A stretch of DNA of 64,000 bases from Verrucomicrobiales bacterium (GCA_031411295.1 JANOAV010000189.1:59333-123332); one strand, 5' to 3'; counted from the stretch's first letter, positions 30,847 to 40,884 are shown. Notes: generated by a model from the sequence alone, not told the origin. Numbers and translations: made by a program.

Positions 30847-32784
30847 TTAATACTCGGTGTGAAGCATCGCAAAAGGTTCCCCCTCATTGTCCATGCCGTA
30901 AGTGCTGGCTAGCGAGGCTGTCTGTGGATTTATCAAGGATTCAATAGCTGCGGTGATTCTACCTTCAGGGCCTTTTTGATTAAAGAGTGGCTTGCGCACC
31001 AAATACTGCACCATGCCTAGATCCAGATCGAAAATAAACGTGCAGCCACCCCAAATTTCGGGCCGTTTATTGTCATTGTCTTTCGGTCCTAGTGCACAAT
31101 GCTGGAGGATGGTAAAGATGACTTGGTTAAGAGTCGTGCCGTCCGGACGTTGCCTGCGGACTCGCCAGAGGGAATGAACTTCAAAGCGCACGCTTCCTGA
31201 GCTTTCGATTGTGAAATCCAAGCCCGTCTGCTTTTGCAAAACCTCATCGTCAAATTCCCACCAAAACTTGGCTTGCAGATGAAAGTGGAGTTCGGCGCGT
31301 TTCAGCCGAGTAGCTTCCCATCGATCACGGCGTCGGTTAGCCCATCCAAGTTCCGAGAAGAAGGGCTTTAATTTATCACCAAGAGTGTGAATTTGATGAT
31401 ATTCTTTAATCGCATCTGCCGCATCCCAAGTGAGACTTTCTTCAGACAAGGAACGGAGCTTGGGCGGAAAAATGCCATGCTGTCTAAATGCATCAATAAA
31501 GGCTAGTCGGTAGCCACGGTCATCGCTGGGAACCACGTCCCGATCCGCAGTGATCAACGCCCTAAGATAGTCCCCGAAGGTGATGTCCACGGGTGGGCAA
31601 TAGTCCAGAGCGCGGATGCACATTGTCAGGATTTGGCCAGCGGTCTTCACTGCTTCCTTGGCAAGTCTATTTACTAGGTCTGGGTGGAGTTCTCCTTCTT
31701 GCAAAATTCCCGTGCCTCCGCTGGCAATTCTGCGGAGGTCTTTAATTCTCGAGTTGTAAATGGTGACGAAGGCATCGAAAACTGCAGAAACTAGGATGGC
31801 ACCTCGCCCATGAGGCTCCAACTCGTCAGCTAGTTTGCGGGGATCCGGTGCCCGCCGTTCCCATTTTCCCGTAGCCTCGTTTTTCTCGCCTAGAGCATCG
31901 CGTAAGGACTCCCGGTTTCCCGTGGCCCGTCCGAATTCCTGCGCTAATTCCCCCAAAAGGTTATTGGTTTCCAAATCACCTCTGGTCTTGGCAATCTGAT
32001 GTTTCACTACCTCCAAAAAAGTAAAGTGTTGGAAGAGGGCTACAATGTCTGCAAAAGCTTCGTGAAATGCCAATCCGTCTGGCTGAGTGACTTCCATGAA
32101 TTTAGGATAAATGCCATCCAGAATCGCATGGGTTGTTTCGTGCGCGATGATGTCGTGTGAGAGGCACCCAAAAACAATCCCACCGGGATAGTAAACGGCA
32201 CCGCCTACCTCTGACGCTGGGAAATAGCCGAAAAGCAGTGCTTTCTTGGAGGGGGAGTAATAAGCATTGGCCTCACGGAGCGCATGGGGATACACCCGCA
32301 GTCTTTCTACGAACATACCCAGTTTTTGTTTCTCGCTCAGTTCGCCCCAAGTCGTTCCCATTTCTTCTGGAGTGCGATCCGACCACATCACGGGGCGTCC
32401 TAATGCGCGCTCAAAATTTTTGATCGTAGTCATGACCACAGCATAAACCATTTGCTGATGGAACTGCGGATTGGAGGAGAGCGGCGGGAGACCATCCTGT
32501 GCTAAGAGATGCGGATGGTCTAGATCTACTGGTTCATACCAAGCATCGCTAGGAGGATCGACATCTACGACTTCCACATAATCCCCCACCGGGCCGGGAG
32601 CCAGACTTTCCCACGGAACTGTATAGACTCGTTGATTGATCGCTGCGGTATCCAAATTCGAGGACAGGCTAGGATCGAACGAGAAGCCCCTCAATTTGCG
32701 AAATTGAGGCTTGTGCTTGAGATTCGGCTGTGGTGCCGCAGATGATTTTTGAGATGCTTTTTTTGCAATGGTTTTGCTAGGCAT
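30847..32784 (-). CDS. Gluzincin (M4/M36-like) zinc metallopeptidase, no signal peptide
   Basis: ANAYYS, HETTH, third ligand FHEAFAD, EPHGRG. Confidence 0.85.
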   Translation of the reverse strand: MPSKTIAKKASQKSSAAPQPNLKHKPQFRKLRGFSFDPSLSSNLDTAAINQRVYTVPWESLAPGPVGDYVEVVDVDPPSDAWYEPVDLDHPHLLAQDGLPPLSSNPQFHQQMVYAVVMTTIKNFERALGRPVMWSDRTPEEMGTTWGELSEKQKLGMFVERLRVYPHALREANAYYSPSKKALLFGYFPASEVGGAVYYPGGIVFGCLSHDIIAHETTHAILDGIYPKFMEVTQPDGLAFHEAFADIVALFQHFTFLEVVKHQIAKTRGDLETNNLLGELAQEFGRATGNRESLRDALGEKNEATGKWERRAPDPRKLADELEPHGRGAILVSAVFDAFVTIYNSRIKDLRRIASGGTGILQEGELHPDLVNRLAKEAVKTAGQILTMCIRALDYCPPVDITFGDYLRALITADRDVVPSDDRGYRLAFIDAFRQHGIFPPKLRSLSEESLTWDAADAIKEYHQIHTLGDKLKPFFSELGWANRRRDRWEATRLKRAELHFHLQAKFWWEFDDEVLQKQTGLDFTIESSGSVRFEVHSLWRVRRQRPDGTTLNQVIFTILQHCALGPKDNDNKRPEIWGGCTFIFDLDLGMVQYLVRKPLFNQKGPEGRITAAIESLINPQTASLASTYGMDNEGEPFAMLHTEY

Positions 32785-32827
32785 GGTATTAGTGGAGTTT
32801 CGGTTCGCAAGGTTGTAGGCCAGACAC

Positions 32828-33436
32828 TCAAACAGCCCAGTCGGCCGCATCGTCGTATTCGGCCCTAGTGGATTTCACGGAGATGTGGCAGTGTTCCTCG
32901 TGCGGGTTGGTGCCGTTGTATTTACGCCAAGCCCACGGCTTGGCAGTGCCAATGGCTCCAGAGTTGGCGATGCGGCGATTCGAGATGATGTATTTGACCC
33001 GTGAGTCTTGAGACTTGCGGATGGTCTCCGCCAGCGCACCAGCGTCCGGGCCAGTCTTGGGATCATGAGTGATGTCTAATGCGGTGACGACACCTTCATC
33101 CACCCACGGGTTATGATCAGAGTTCCGGTTCTGGTGACTCGTGTCGCCGATGGTGCCATCATTGCCTTTCTTACGGTTCGGCCATTTAGCATTGACTTGT
33201 TCCCGCAGCCTAAGTAGAGCCTTGGCCACACGCCAGTTATCATTTGCCGCACTGGCTTTCTTTACACCAAGACCAGATCCGACTGGGAGATGAGTGTGCT
33301 CTGGCGTTGTGGCATTAATACCGAGTTCCCGATTAGCTTCGCAGTCACACAAAACGAAGGACTTTTTTAATCTCTGCTCATCAACCGTAGGCTTCCAAAT
33401 TGCTGGACGCTTGGATTTGTTTGCTTTTGAGGACAT
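32828..33436 (-). CDS. Putative Zn peptidase resembling cell-wall (LAS/M15-like) hydrolase domains
   Basis: GTIGDTSH...SDHNP...ALDIT, YIISNRRI, NPHEEHCHIS. Confidence 0.55.
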   Translation of the reverse strand: MSSKANKSKRPAIWKPTVDEQRLKKSFVLCDCEANRELGINATTPEHTHLPVGSGLGVKKASAANDNWRVAKALLRLREQVNAKWPNRKKGNDGTIGDTSHQNRNSDHNPWVDEGVVTALDITHDPKTGPDAGALAETIRKSQDSRVKYIISNRRIANSGAIGTAKPWAWRKYNGTNPHEEHCHISVKSTRAEYDDAADWAV

Positions 33437-33482
33437 AATATTATTTGTTGATTATTTAGGTCGGCTTCACGTAGCGGAAAGC

Positions 33483-34190
33483 TTAAACATAAGCATACGC
33501 CAGCGTAGTGATGGAGCGCAGGCTGGTGGCTGTTTCCGGCCAGGGGTCCATGATGGCGTCGGGTCCAGTTAGGGTAGGGTTTTTACCGGGATGTGCCGTT
33601 TGCCACGTGGCCCATATTTTGTCGATCATTGCATGGTGGAGCCAGAAAATGGGGTCTGCGGGGGAGACTGCGATGCGGGCCATGGCCTCGCGACGCCCGT
33701 TTACTACACCCAGTTCCATGTGCACTTCGCCATGCGGACCGCTTTCCAGCAAATCCGTAAATGGCGTGAAGGTGGTCTGGCTCATAATGTTTATTAGATT
33801 TTTACGGGCGGGGATGGATGCATTTCGTTTGACGATCACAGGGCCTTGGCCAGGCACGTTGACGGTGGGCTTGAAGTTGCGAATCCACGTCGGCACTGCG
33901 GTGCCCGCAGTCCAGTCGAAGTAGGGAATGAAGCAGAGTGGATCAATGGCTTGGAGCATGCGTTCGAACTTCAGGAGGTAATCCCGATGCCACGGCAGGA
34001 AGCGCTGGGTGCCTACGTCAGGGGGCATGCCGGGGATGTGCATCCCGTGCATGTTGTGCCGCATGTCTCCGTGTATGGCCACCATTTTGCCATAGGGATT
34101 GGTGGGGGTGGCAAGCATGGTTGTGATAGCGTTGCGATACCGCGTCTGTTCGGCGGCGGTCATGGCGGTGGCGGATTTGCGATTGGTCAT
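33483..34190 (-). CDS. Tyrosinase (type-3 copper protein)
   Basis: CuA H...H...FLPWHR, PYFDW, CuB PHGEVH...DPIFWLHH. Confidence 0.9.
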   Translation of the reverse strand: MTNRKSATAMTAAEQTRYRNAITTMLATPTNPYGKMVAIHGDMRHNMHGMHIPGMPPDVGTQRFLPWHRDYLLKFERMLQAIDPLCFIPYFDWTAGTAVPTWIRNFKPTVNVPGQGPVIVKRNASIPARKNLINIMSQTTFTPFTDLLESGPHGEVHMELGVVNGRREAMARIAVSPADPIFWLHHAMIDKIWATWQTAHPGKNPTLTGPDAIMDPWPETATSLRSITTLAYAYV

Positions 34191-34226
34191 GTGGTGGATA
34201 TTTTTGAGTTAGTAAATGTAAAAATG

Positions 34227-36179
34227 CTAGACGTGCTTCCAAGGGCCGAAGGCGTTTTCCTGCCCTTCCAAAGCAGGGGCCAATTCCGGATAGTGCGCCA
34301 GGATAACGCGTTTCATGCTGCGCTCCCGGATCCAGGTCATGCCGGTGGCGGTGTAGGTTTCCTTCTTGAAATCCGAGCAGAAGAAACGATCACTGCTGAG
34401 GCGTCGGGATGCCATTAAGATGAAGACACGGAAGGCCGTGTCGCTAAATCCGAAGCCTCTTGGGAGCACTTCTTTGGCTCCATTTTGTCGAGGATGGGCC
34501 TCGCAGAACATTCCCACCACCGTGTCCACTGCCTCCAAGTCATCCTCATACACTTCCTTGAGGTCACTGGCCAGGATGGGATCTCCTCCAGCTAGTTCCT
34601 CCCAAGAGGCCACAGGCTTAATGCGGAGGTGGCGGAGGAAATCGTTGTAGCGTGGCACGCCCCGCTCCCGGTCCCGGATGATGTCCACAGCGGCCAAGTC
34701 TAATTTCCGACGGATGCCGGTGGCTGGGTCTGGCGGCAGCTCCAAGTCACGCAAGAATTTCGGATAGTTGCGGATGGTGATGGCTCCTGGATGTGCCACG
34801 CCGAAGCTGTAGAGCGCATCCCGGAAGCTCTCCCGCTGCGTGAGCGGGGTGCGGGTGCGTTCGAAGGAAATATCGTGCATGGAATAATCCGTGCGATTCT
34901 GTGTCTTGAATTGTGTTATGCTAACGGAATCTGGAATCAATGGGTGTAATCGGTAAACGGTGGCAAATTCCTCTGTTAGAGCGAAGGGAGCGCCATGATG
35001 ATCCACCTCCCGTCCCGGGATGCCCGTGAGAAGTAGTTTTAGTGCTCCTGTCCAATTCGGGGTGATGAGATCCAGCCAACGTGAGAAGCGCTCCCCGAAC
35101 AAATGGCCGGCTATCCCCATCCAGTTGGCATCCAGTGCTAGCTGAATGGACGGATGGCCAATGATGCCGGGAGTCCATTCTACGGTATGAATTTTGGCCA
35201 TGACCGCACAGTTGATGAGGCGTGCCTTTTGATAGATTTGGTCGTCATCGAGCCCTTTTTCGTTTTGCGCCAGCGTCTGGCAAATGGCATTGTGCTCCAG
35301 GGCGAAGAGCGTGTGCAGCAGTTCCAGGCCCAGCCACCAATTCTCCGTCAATCCAGTTAGAGTCATGCTCGTGGCTGGGTTCACTGGCAGTAAGTGTGTT
35401 TTAGGATCAACGTAGAGCTGGCCCAGGGGGCAGAGGTTGCCATCAGGCGCGGTGCGCAGCAGACGATTTTCTTCCGGGGTGTCTCCGTAGATTTGGGAAC
35501 CGTCCCACCACTGAGGATTTTTGTTTTGATAGGCAGGGTATTCTGCATCGTTGGGAATCGCTGGATTGACGGCATCTGGCTTGGTGCGTGGGACTACCAT
35601 TTCGCCATGCAACCAGTCACCCGATGGTGGCACGCGGATGTCTTTCCCTGCATCCAGCGGTTCATTTTCATGCAGCATCCAGTCATGGACTTGAAACTGA
35701 ATCCACGCGGCTGCTAGCAAATTGACTGTTGTGGCGGGGATGAATTCCTGGCGTGCCATGAGGCGTTGACTAATCAGCAAAGGGTCCGGCTTTAGCAGCT
35801 TGGCTGCGTCTTGGGCAGTAATGGTGCGGGGCACATTGCGACCAAAACGCGAGCCGCGGCAGCCCATGGCGCCATGGTTGGGATCGTTCTGCGTGCCGTT
35901 GGGCGTGCGGATTTTTAGAGCATCCGCACCGCTATGGAACGGACACCCTGGCTTCGGTTGCGTGAGATCGCCATCCGTATCGTGGAGATTTTCCTCCCGT
36001 AAATCGATGCGCAGCCCCAGCAGGTTGAGCACGCCCAGCCACTTTTCCAGCCAACTGCCCTCCGGTCCCTGGCGATGCCAGGGCACAGTTTCATTGATGC
36101 GACGGTAGTGGGCCGCAAGTTTCCGGTCAATGAAGCGGGAGATGGCACCTTGGTTGCCTGTGTAACGTGGATCTTTCAT
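34227..36179 (-). CDS. Animal-type heme peroxidase / fatty-acid alpha-dioxygenase-like
   Basis: WIQFQVHDW, WWDGSQIYG, AKIHTVEWTP, EEFATVYRLHPLIPD, RDRERGVPRYN. Confidence 0.9.
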   Translation of the reverse strand: MKDPRYTGNQGAISRFIDRKLAAHYRRINETVPWHRQGPEGSWLEKWLGVLNLLGLRIDLREENLHDTDGDLTQPKPGCPFHSGADALKIRTPNGTQNDPNHGAMGCRGSRFGRNVPRTITAQDAAKLLKPDPLLISQRLMARQEFIPATTVNLLAAAWIQFQVHDWMLHENEPLDAGKDIRVPPSGDWLHGEMVVPRTKPDAVNPAIPNDAEYPAYQNKNPQWWDGSQIYGDTPEENRLLRTAPDGNLCPLGQLYVDPKTHLLPVNPATSMTLTGLTENWWLGLELLHTLFALEHNAICQTLAQNEKGLDDDQIYQKARLINCAVMAKIHTVEWTPGIIGHPSIQLALDANWMGIAGHLFGERFSRWLDLITPNWTGALKLLLTGIPGREVDHHGAPFALTEEFATVYRLHPLIPDSVSITQFKTQNRTDYSMHDISFERTRTPLTQRESFRDALYSFGVAHPGAITIRNYPKFLRDLELPPDPATGIRRKLDLAAVDIIRDRERGVPRYNDFLRHLRIKPVASWEELAGGDPILASDLKEVYEDDLEAVDTVVGMFCEAHPRQNGAKEVLPRGFGFSDTAFRVFILMASRRLSSDRFFCSDFKKETYTATGMTWIRERSMKRVILAHYPELAPALEGQENAFGPWKHV

Positions 36180-36372
36180 GGCGTTAGTCCTTGTAGTTAT
36201 CATTAATGAATGCCGCCGACTCCGCTGCTTCATTGGCTTTTCGCTGGCTTACAGTAGGGCCGAAGGTTCCATCTTGAAAACAGAGCAGGCCCCAGCCGAA
36301 ATTGCGCATATTAGTAAGAGTGGCTTGAGTTTCATGGTTAGTTAGTTGCTGGGCAGGGATCATGTGCTAGCC

Positions 36373-37071
36373 TCAAGAAATGCCCTTCAGTTCATTGAAG
36401 CGTGCGAAGGCGCGTTCCTTGATTTTGAGTTCAATGTTGGCGGGCGCGAGTTCAGCGCCAAAGGAACTGTGGGGGAAAACGAAGTAGAGCACGTCTTCGT
36501 CGATGCTAACGTCATGGATGAGCTTGCAGTGCCCGCTGCTGGATCGCTGGCAGGGATCGGGCGCGCGTGGCATTAGTTCCTCGTGCACGTGGATGGAACC
36601 CTCACCAATTTTATTTGGAGGTCCCATGTCGCCACAAATGGCCGCGCAGATTTCGTCCTGATAAATTACGATCACCACATCCCCAATTTGGATGGAAGGG
36701 TGAAATGGTTTCGTGGTATCATCTGGTGCGTGTGGGATCGCAATATACGGGACGGTTTCTGCTGGCAGGCCGCCTTTGTTTTTAGGGAATTGAAATGAAG
36801 TATCGTCCTGACCGTTGGCGGGGTCCAATTGTTTGCCAGTCTTCCGTCCAGGTCCAGCAGCAGGGCCGTCCGCATCCACGGCCATCTTTGCGCTCCAGAA
36901 CACCGTGCCGTTGGGGAACTGCAGCAGTGCCTTGCAGCGGTTGGGGTCCTTGGTCCCGGTTTTATCAAATGCATCGAACCGTTTTTTGGCTGATACAGCG
37001 GTGTCTGTAGCCTGGTCGAAGGGGACTCCAGTTAGAAGTTTCTTGCTTTTGGTGGGCGGGTTAAAGCTCAT
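36373..37071 (-). CDS. Glycoside hydrolase family 75 (chitosanase-like)
   Basis: MAVDADG, QDDTSF, VPYIAIP, AICGDMGP..KIGEGS, VLYFVFP. Confidence 0.75.
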   Translation of the reverse strand: MSFNPPTKSKKLLTGVPFDQATDTAVSAKKRFDAFDKTGTKDPNRCKALLQFPNGTVFWSAKMAVDADGPAAGPGRKTGKQLDPANGQDDTSFQFPKNKGGLPAETVPYIAIPHAPDDTTKPFHPSIQIGDVVIVIYQDEICAAICGDMGPPNKIGEGSIHVHEELMPRAPDPCQRSSSGHCKLIHDVSIDEDVLYFVFPHSSFGAELAPANIELKIKERAFARFNELKGIS

Positions 37072-37106
37072 AATAATTTAGAATTGGAGTTGGTTTGTTT
37101 ACAGTT

Positions 37107-37385
37107 TTAAAATAGTGCGTGCCTTCCTCCGTGCTTTTGCGAAATGGCGTTGATGCCCGAGTGAATCGGGCAGCCGGACTTCGGCCGGGACAAATCGCCG
37201 TCCGTGTTGAGCAGGTTGTGCTTCCTCAGTTCCACACGCAAAGCGATGAGATTGGCCAGCCCCGTCCACTTTCGCAGCCGATACTATGGCCGCCAGCGAT
37301 TGATGGAGCGGAACACCTTGACCAGCCTGCCGTCGATGAGCCGGGCGAGTGGGATCTCCTTGGTGGGGTGGCGTGGATCTCTCAT
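37107..37385 (-). pseudogene. Truncated N-terminal remnant of a paralogous heme peroxidase with an in-frame stop
   Basis: Hand translation MRDPRHP...RLIDGRL...INRWRP*YRLRKWTGLANLIALRVELRKHNLLNTDGDLSRPKSGCPIHSG aligns with the N-terminus of 34227-36179; TAG at 37284-37286 where the intact gene has Trp. Confidence 0.85.
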
Positions 37386-37443
37386 AGCTGGGCGTTAGTT
37401 TGCGGCTGGGTTAGTTGGGTTGGAGTGAGTTTGGTTTTGCGTG

Positions 37444-39276
37444 TCAAAGTCCCTTCATGTATTCAATGAGCGCTTTGCGTTCCTGGTCAGTGAACTTGTG
37501 GATAGGTTCCGCAGGATTATCAGGATTCATCCGGTAGTCCTCGTGCCCGGCATTGCTATTGCCAGGAGCAGTTGCGTTGAACACATAGTCGCCCGCGTCA
37601 ATGTAGCCGACGTTGATTGGGTCAAAGGTCAACGTCCCGGTCTTGAAAGTCTTCAACCGCTTATCTGCCGGTAGTAGCAACTGATCCAAATTCAGCACCG
37701 AGCCGTTGTGCAAGTATGGTCCTGTCGCCCAGATGCCGTTGAGAGGGCGGGCTTTGTATTCTGGTTTGAACACGGTGGTTTGTCCTGCAAGGGCGTCGAG
37801 CTTTTGCTTCGTATTGTCCAGCGCGAGTTTGATCTTGGCTTTGATGGTATCCTTCTCAGAGATGAACTCCGTGAGTTCGCCGGAAATCTTTTCCCCTGCA
37901 TGTTTAATTTCTCCAGTGAACGAGTAGCTAAACTGGCCCACATCGTCCGGGTTGCTCAGCAACTTGCCGCCAACCAGCACGCGCTGCCCCATGTGTTGCA
38001 ATAGATGAGCGATGGGTTCGATCGGTTTGATCTCTTTGGGAATGAGGCCGTCCAGCCATTTGCGGCCCGTAAAAACGCCGGAAGCCGTCTTACGCGTGGC
38101 AGCGCTGGTGGCCATGCCCGGGTCGGTGCCAACGTTGCTCATCTTGGCCTCGATCTTGCGGGTGTCGCTGGTGCGCTGGAATCCCGTCTCATGGCACCGC
38201 GCGCAGAAGCTCTTGAACAGCCCTTCTCCCTGCTTTGTCAGCTCGGGGTCTGTCTTGCCGATAGCATCCACCCACAAGGGTGACCAAAGTTGCCTCAGGG
38301 TGTTCTCGAGTTGAATCAGCCCCCTAAGATCAGCAGACGAGCGGTAACCTTTGACCAAGGGTGTTTTCTGGGAGGTATCCACATCAGCAAACACGCCGAC
38401 CACTTCACCGATGTTTCTCCCCAGTGCCCCTACCTCTAAGCCCGCAACCACCGTGTTCTTGGCAGACCCGTTCCACTGCACACGGTCATGCTGAGGCGTG
38501 TCCCAGAGAAAAGGGTAGCTCGTGGGTGCGTCACACCGGGTCTCGGCATCAGGCACTTGCGCAAAACGCACCGCTACTTCGTTGAAGATCGCATTGAATG
38601 CATCCAGCCTTCCTGGGCCGCCACCCGCAGCCAAGTCATGGGGGAAGTTCCGCCGATTGTAAGCCGCCCTGCGCTCCACCAATTCAGCCAGATCGACCTG
38701 GAGGCGATCCTGCTCCGCCTGAGTCCCTTCTGCGCCAAGGACCCCCTGGGCAAACGCCTTCAGTTTGTCTGGCTTGCCCAATAAATCACGCAGAGCCGCC
38801 TCTAGGTCTGCCATCAGGCGGTGCGCATCTGCTTGGGCCTGCCCCCCGACGATGATCCACAGGGTTTTGTCCATTCTAAGCTGGCCGGTATGGCAGGCGG
38901 CACAGGTGAGGCCCACGTAGCCCCTGCCTTGCTTGTCCACGTTTTTCACAAAGCCAATGGGCAGCCCGTCTGGATTTTCTGCCTCTGGCTTGCGCGCAAT
39001 GTAGCCCATCTGCCGCACATGATCTGCGTCCAGGAACGACGTCTCGGAGCCTGCCAGCTTCAAGTGGAGGAACCACTTGTAGGGCATGATTTGGGAGCCC
39101 TGCGTGGTGTTGTAGAACTTGCTAGACTCCGCATGACTCCAGTTTTGAGGCAGGGACTCCACCTTGGTAACCCCTGGTGGTGGCAGAATGTTTCTCGCAC
39201 TCGCATCCTCCGCATGGGAGGTGAGGACGAGACCATTCAGGGCGGCAACGATAAGTGAGCGAGAAATTGATTTCAT
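37444..39276 (-). CDS. Exported di-heme cytochrome c protein (RoxA/cytochrome c peroxidase superfamily)
   Basis: Signal peptide; CAACH and CARCH; YKARPLNGIWATGPYLHNGSV; NAGH. Confidence 0.85.
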   Translation of the reverse strand: MKSISRSLIVAALNGLVLTSHAEDASARNILPPPGVTKVESLPQNWSHAESSKFYNTTQGSQIMPYKWFLHLKLAGSETSFLDADHVRQMGYIARKPEAENPDGLPIGFVKNVDKQGRGYVGLTCAACHTGQLRMDKTLWIIVGGQAQADAHRLMADLEAALRDLLGKPDKLKAFAQGVLGAEGTQAEQDRLQVDLAELVERRAAYNRRNFPHDLAAGGGPGRLDAFNAIFNEVAVRFAQVPDAETRCDAPTSYPFLWDTPQHDRVQWNGSAKNTVVAGLEVGALGRNIGEVVGVFADVDTSQKTPLVKGYRSSADLRGLIQLENTLRQLWSPLWVDAIGKTDPELTKQGEGLFKSFCARCHETGFQRTSDTRKIEAKMSNVGTDPGMATSAATRKTASGVFTGRKWLDGLIPKEIKPIEPIAHLLQHMGQRVLVGGKLLSNPDDVGQFSYSFTGEIKHAGEKISGELTEFISEKDTIKAKIKLALDNTKQKLDALAGQTTVFKPEYKARPLNGIWATGPYLHNGSVLNLDQLLLPADKRLKTFKTGTLTFDPINVGYIDAGDYVFNATAPGNSNAGHEDYRMNPDNPAEPIHKFTDQERKALIEYMKGL

Positions 39277-39344
39277 GAGAGTGTGGATGGCCAAGGGGGA
39301 ATCGGTTTTTGTGCAGCGTGGATCAGACATGACCAGCCTGCGGC

Positions 39345-40646
39345 TCAAGGCACTGGGTAATTTTTGTTGGTGAAGTCAGCAGAATCCGCCGCCTCATTGG
39401 CTGCCCGCTGTGTAATTGTGGGATGGAAGGTAATTTCTCCACCTTCGAACTCGGCCCCCCAGCCGAAGTCCCTGACGTTCCACTGATTGGCTCGGAGCAT
39501 CTGCGGGTCGACCTCTGAAATACCCGCCGGCTGTTTGAACGCAAAGGGAGATGGCTCAGCTAGCCCCTGCACACTCAGTCGCCGGGTGGTCTCAGAATGA
39601 CAACTGGCACAATCGACCGTTCCTGTATGGAAGAATGGAAGCGCGGGGTTGGCTATCAAGTCATCCACATCTTTGACGCGGGCGTTAGGCAAGAAAGGGT
39701 GCGTGGCAGGGAACAGCACCTTGTTCACGTCCACCGCGCTCTTGAACAGCAATGCCGTGCTCAAGCCAAATGCCTTCTGCGGTGCCGAAGGATCAAGGTT
39801 CGGCCCAGGTTGAACTTTGTCTGCGGAGAGGAAGTTCATGACTTGATGCTTGGTGTCGGCGGGGACGTTCCCGCTGATTGCCTTGCGTGCGGGGGGAGTC
39901 TTTGTCAGGTCCACCGGGAAGAACGTCCACGGCTCAAATGCCACCGGCACTCCCATGAACGAAAGTCCTCCGAGTTTTGCTTTGGAACAATGCTTGCTGA
40001 GCAATTCCCGGAGACGTTTCGTCAGATCAAAGGCTCCGTTTCCAAACCCTGAGTGTATTCCCAGTCTCTTGCCACTGGTGTCCACCCCTGCCTTTCTCAA
40101 GTCCGCTTTCAGCGCCTGTAGGTCATTCACCAGAGCCTGATACGCCTCCCGGTCCGGCAAAAACGTGTCCCCATTCTTTCCTTTGAGGTAAGTGAACACC
40201 ACATGCATGGCCGTGTCGTGGAATTGCGCGTCAGCTCCATCTGCCGTCACGGGCTGCACAATCAGTCGCAAACTCGGCACCTCACCACCTGGCTTGCCGT
40301 TGGTCACCGCGGTCACCGACGGATGGGAGCTTATGGATACAGGATTGATGCGGATGCCCGCCACCTTCCATGCCCTCTTGTTGGCTTCAACCTCTCCTGT
40401 GAAGCCAATATTCTGTCCACCCGCCGGCACCGTCTTCGCCATGGCGATGAGCTGGTTGAACAACTCGTCTGACATGAGGTTGCCATCAGCCCCGGCGTCT
40501 GCGAGGCTGATCAGGTTCTCCGCCATCTTGGCGTTTTGTGGCATCGGCCAGAGGAAGGACAAATCTAGGACATCCAGTTTTTCCGCATGAGCCAGAGGTC
40601 CCATGCAGACGAGTGCTATTGCTATTGCGAATGCGTTTGTTTTCAT
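39345..40646 (-). CDS. Exported hypothetical mono-heme c protein
   Basis: Signal peptide MKTNAFAIAIALVCMGPLAHA; CASCH near the C-terminus. Confidence 0.7.
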   Translation of the reverse strand: MKTNAFAIAIALVCMGPLAHAEKLDVLDLSFLWPMPQNAKMAENLISLADAGADGNLMSDELFNQLIAMAKTVPAGGQNIGFTGEVEANKRAWKVAGIRINPVSISSHPSVTAVTNGKPGGEVPSLRLIVQPVTADGADAQFHDTAMHVVFTYLKGKNGDTFLPDREAYQALVNDLQALKADLRKAGVDTSGKRLGIHSGFGNGAFDLTKRLRELLSKHCSKAKLGGLSFMGVPVAFEPWTFFPVDLTKTPPARKAISGNVPADTKHQVMNFLSADKVQPGPNLDPSAPQKAFGLSTALLFKSAVDVNKVLFPATHPFLPNARVKDVDDLIANPALPFFHTGTVDCASCHSETTRRLSVQGLAEPSPFAFKQPAGISEVDPQMLRANQWNVRDFGWGAEFEGGEITFHPTITQRAANEAADSADFTNKNYPVP

Positions 40647-40884
40647 AGAGTAGGAGAGGTGGTGTGCTCTGACGCAGAGCCAGTGGTTGAACCTGAAAAC
40701 GGGTTTTAAGGGTCTCGAAACTCGACCTCTACGATTAAAGGCTGTTTTCGGGTTGAATGAGGCGAATGGTGCATGGCAGCAGCGGCAGGAAAGTGGAGGC
40801 CTCGGGACTCGGAGGCACCCTCATTGCAGCCGGGCGGGTCCAAGGGTATGGGTGTGAATGCTGAATGCGGCGGTTGGTGAGGGG

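Noticed and set aside
40705..40745. tRNA-like fragment (reverse strand GCCTTTAATCGTAGAGGTCGAGTTTCGAGACCC) as an island attachment site
   Set aside because: Only vague anticodon/T-arm resemblance, no cloverleaf and no second copy
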